Source: Halomicronema hongdechloris C2206 (lineage in GTDB: Bacteria; Cyanobacteriota; Cyanobacteriia; Phormidesmidales; Phormidesmidaceae). Taken from it: a stretch of 32,000 bases of DNA. The position numbers and the translations under genes were made by a program. The stretch spans positions 30,001 to 62,000 of the forward strand of contig NZ_CP021983.2 of NCBI RefSeq assembly GCF_002075285.3. Reading direction: 5' to 3'. Shown here piece by piece: positions 29,777-32,000 of this stretch (its first letter is position 1; each line of letters opens with the position of its first letter). The notes beneath the pieces were generated by a model that saw only the letters and a program-made list of their open reading frames with translations, was not told the origin of the DNA and did not search any database.

Positions 29777-30514
29777 TCAGGTACTCTCTAAGAGTTCCTG
29801 TAGCCACTGGCGTACCCGCTGAGCCAGAAATCTAGAAAATTTGGCGCTTTGGGGGGCTGTCTCTGTAGAGAATATTGCCAAGGCCCGACGATAATCTGCT
29901 ATGGCACTGTTCCAATCGCCTCGTAAGTGATAGGTGCGGCCTCGCTCGGCATAGATATGCCCGGGAAATTGATGAAACATGAGTGCTTCATCAAAACAGA
30001 GAAGGGCAGCATCATAGTCCTGCATATCCCGTAGGGTAATGCCATAGTTAATCCGGGCTCGTACATTGTAGGGATTGAGATTCACTGCTTGATCGTAATC
30101 TGCGAGGGCCTGATGCCATTGGCGCCGAGCTGCATAACAGTTTCCCCGATTGTTATAGGCCTGATCTAGGCGGGGATTTAGTCGAATTGCCTGGCTATAA
30201 TCAGCCAAGGCTCGAGCCAGTTGTCCCTGCCAGAAATACACCAACCCTCGATTGCTATAGTGCCGGCCATTGTCAGGGTCCCGATGAATAACACAGGTTA
30301 GCAGAGTTAATGCTCGACTGTAGAGCCGATGCCGAACCGCCTTTAACGCCCTCTGACTCAGCCCGTCTAAGTGGTCATCAGTTCCCGCTATAGTCAGCCC
30401 CATCGGCGAAATCAGCGAAGAAGACCGACGCTGAGAGATAGTTGCGGCTGATTGCCCATGTAATGGACAAGATGGCCAAGCATTGCGACGTTTCATAGAC
30501 GTTACTCCATCCAT
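29777..30514 (-). CDS. tetratricopeptide (TPR) repeat protein
   Basis: It has repeated 34-residue units with the A..Y..A/NP pattern (YSNRGLVYFWQGQLARALADYSQAIRLNP, AYNNRGNCYAARRQWHQALADYDQAVNLNP, and others). Confidence 0.8.
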   Translation of the reverse strand: MDGVTSMKRRNAWPSCPLHGQSAATISQRRSSSLISPMGLTIAGTDDHLDGLSQRALKAVRHRLYSRALTLLTCVIHRDPDNGRHYSNRGLVYFWQGQLARALADYSQAIRLNPRLDQAYNNRGNCYAARRQWHQALADYDQAVNLNPYNVRARINYGITLRDMQDYDAALLCFDEALMFHQFPGHIYAERGRTYHLRGDWNSAIADYRRALAIFSTETAPQSAKFSRFLAQRVRQWLQELLEST

Positions 30515-30942
30515 CGGGAGATGCTCATAGTATTCCAGCTGATCAAGCTAAGCTGGGATGCACTTAGACCACTTATTCAGTTGTCCGAATCGATATGAAG
30601 CGATAGGGGCAGCGATTGAGCGTAATTACCTAGATATTCCCATGGAATCAGGGGACGCTAAACCGAAAAAAGACGGAGATTTAGCCAGTCAGATGGCATC
30701 TGTGAAGATAGGTCTCAGGATTTTTCCGTAGTCTCCCGGAGGCATCGCCTCTAATCCCGATGGCGTCGTTTGCTTCCTGGAGCAAAGCTTTAAATTTCTT
30801 AGTCCTAGTTGTGTACTTTTTCCTAGATTGTGACAGATCTCAGCCGCAGCCCTAGGGGCCTTGGAGGAGTGAGGTAGAATCCTGGTGGTTGGAAGATAGC
30901 TATGGCTGGTTCAACCTTTGCAGCTCATCATTTACACGCCCT

Positions 30943-31404
30943 ATGACCACTGCTGTGCTACCCAATGCCCCTGATCTCGCAGCAAATGATTATCTTGTCT
31001 TAGGTTTGGCTACGTGCTTCCTGCGGGGAGACGATGGCATCGAAGCCATCACAGTAGTTGAGCCCGTCCCCTCCGCTTATCTAGAGGCAGTTTTCAAGGG
31101 AGTGCCGACCTCTTACAAGAGTCTCCATGCAGTTGAGCTGGGTAGTGTTGTTCAGGAAGAGCCCCTTTCCTTACCAAGCTTTGCAGAGTCAGATGCCCAG
31201 CTGGGGAGCAATTTCGTTGAACGCTGTATTGCGGCTGCTCGTACCTACAAGCACCGAGAGGTTGCTAAGGAGTTTATCCCGTTAGGCAACTCTCGTAGCG
31301 ATATCAATTATTCGACCGAGAAAAAGCGCATCTTAAACCAGGAGCATATCGTCACACCAGCAGACAACGTCAAACAGCATGAACATACCCACAAGGTACT
31401 GTAG
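30943..31404 (+). CDS. hypothetical protein (about 153 aa)
   Basis: Track ORF. I prefer ATG 30943 (MTTAVLPNAPDLAANDYLVLGLATCF...). The family is not recognised. Confidence 0.45.
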   Translation: MTTAVLPNAPDLAANDYLVLGLATCFLRGDDGIEAITVVEPVPSAYLEAVFKGVPTSYKSLHAVELGSVVQEEPLSLPSFAESDAQLGSNFVERCIAAARTYKHREVAKEFIPLGNSRSDINYSTEKKRILNQEHIVTPADNVKQHEHTHKVL

Positions 31405-31533
31405 TCAGGGCGGATAATGACTGCTGAGATGCCGACTTCTGCCAAAATCCTGTGCGGCTATTCTTTGAGGCGATGCCATCTCCCATATAGACAAGGTTAT
31501 AGGTAGGGTTCGCCAGTCAGCTCAGAACCTGGC

Positions 31534-31556
31534 AAAAAAAGCACCCATGCGGGTGC
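31534..31556 (-). terminator. rho-independent terminator of psbK
   Basis: GCACCC-atgc-GGGTGC hairpin at 31541-31556, followed on the minus strand by a run of seven T (31534-31540). Confidence 0.8.
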
Positions 31557-31589
31557 TTAAAGAGGCATTAAGTCTGGGGTTTCGTAGGG

Positions 31590-31727
31590 TTAGCGGAACC
31601 CCACGGCGGCCTGCCAAACAAAGGCGAGCAAGAGAAAGAAGACTGGAATCACTGGCAGAACATCTACCAGCGGATCAAAGAGAGAATAAGCCTCGGGCAG
31701 TTTGGCTAACAGCAGGACTGCATCCAT
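31590..31727 (-). CDS. psbK: photosystem II reaction centre protein K
   Basis: [45 protein letters not shown] is a near-canonical PsbK sequence. I start it at ATG 31725-31727. The 16 upstream codons of the track ORF are not part of it. Confidence 0.92.
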   Translation of the reverse strand: MDAVLLLAKLPEAYSLFDPLVDVLPVIPVFFLLLAFVWQAAVGFR

Positions 31728-31847
31728 GGGTAACTCCACCTCTCTAACACAAGTATTTTCATAATTTTCGCACATCTTAACACGATTTCGATCATCTACC
31801 GAGAGAGACTGAGCAACTGGTCGAGTTGCCCCTTGCCTAGTAGGCAG

Positions 31848-32000
31848 TTACTGGGCTGTTGGCTCTGATCGCAGCCAGGCTGCAAAGTCAGCCACAAAGG
31901 TATTGGCGAGAATCGACTCTCGAATTCGCTGGGTAAATCGCACCAGTTCCGTGATGTTGTGGATAGAGAGTAGGGTGAAGGCCAGTAACTCCTGGGCATG
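31848..32000 (-). CDS. tgt: tRNA-guanine transglycosylase, C-terminal end (partial at window edge)
   Basis: A manual minus-strand frame different from the track ORF gives ..[49 protein letters not shown], with TAA at 31848-31850. The IHN...R.aI..g.F..F pattern matches the Tgt C-terminus. Confidence 0.6.
   Translation of the reverse strand, partial: HAQELLAFTLLSIHNITELVRFTQRIRESILANTFVADFAAWLRSEPTAQ

Noticed and set aside
31547-31747. A 66-aa plus-strand ORF, plus the 16-codon 5' extension of the psbK track ORF.
   Set aside because: The plus ORF is antisense to psbK and Arg-rich. PsbK precursors start at MDAVLLLAK-type sequences, so ATG 31727 is the start.
31796-31999. A 67-aa minus-strand track ORF at the right edge.
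   Set aside because: A different minus-strand frame gives a recognisable Tgt C-terminus ending at TAA 31848-31850. The track ORF is an off-frame artefact.

Overview
This is a cyanobacterial chromosomal core region. The evidence is psbO, psbK and nine perfect HIP1 octamers (GCGATCGC). I support about 30 protein genes, mostly housekeeping: psbO, mfd, a rhodanese, ftsH, lnt, ssb, mreBCD, a HAD hydrolase, dtd, a His-rich COG0523 GTPase, cysS, rimM, an AvtA-like aminotransferase and a ZIP metal transporter. The remainder are a Fur-family regulator divergent from a type II peroxiredoxin, then glutathione reductase, class II (B12-type) ribonucleotide reductase nrdJ, a TPR protein, psbK and the 3' end of tgt. 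I saw no rRNA, tRNA or CRISPR array, and no recognisable defence or other novel multi-gene system. The most unusual locus is nrdJ. It carries two in-frame inteins, each with two LAGLIDADG endonuclease motifs. The second intein ends in Gly-Gln instead of the canonical His-Asn and sits directly before the conserved CNL cysteine. Secondary observations:
- a composite MITE-like element flanked by a duplicated 33-bp hairpin, between the ZIP and Fur-family genes
- a 45-bp hairpin repeat present at two loci
- a 124-bp inverted-repeat element after lnt
- candidate operators: a 7-1-7 palindrome in the fur/prx intergenic region, a 15-bp tandem repeat upstream of the ZIP gene, and an NrdR-like box upstream of nrdJ
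- a decayed RidA-family pseudogene overlapping the ftsH 3' end
All calls come from reading motifs by eye. No database search was run.
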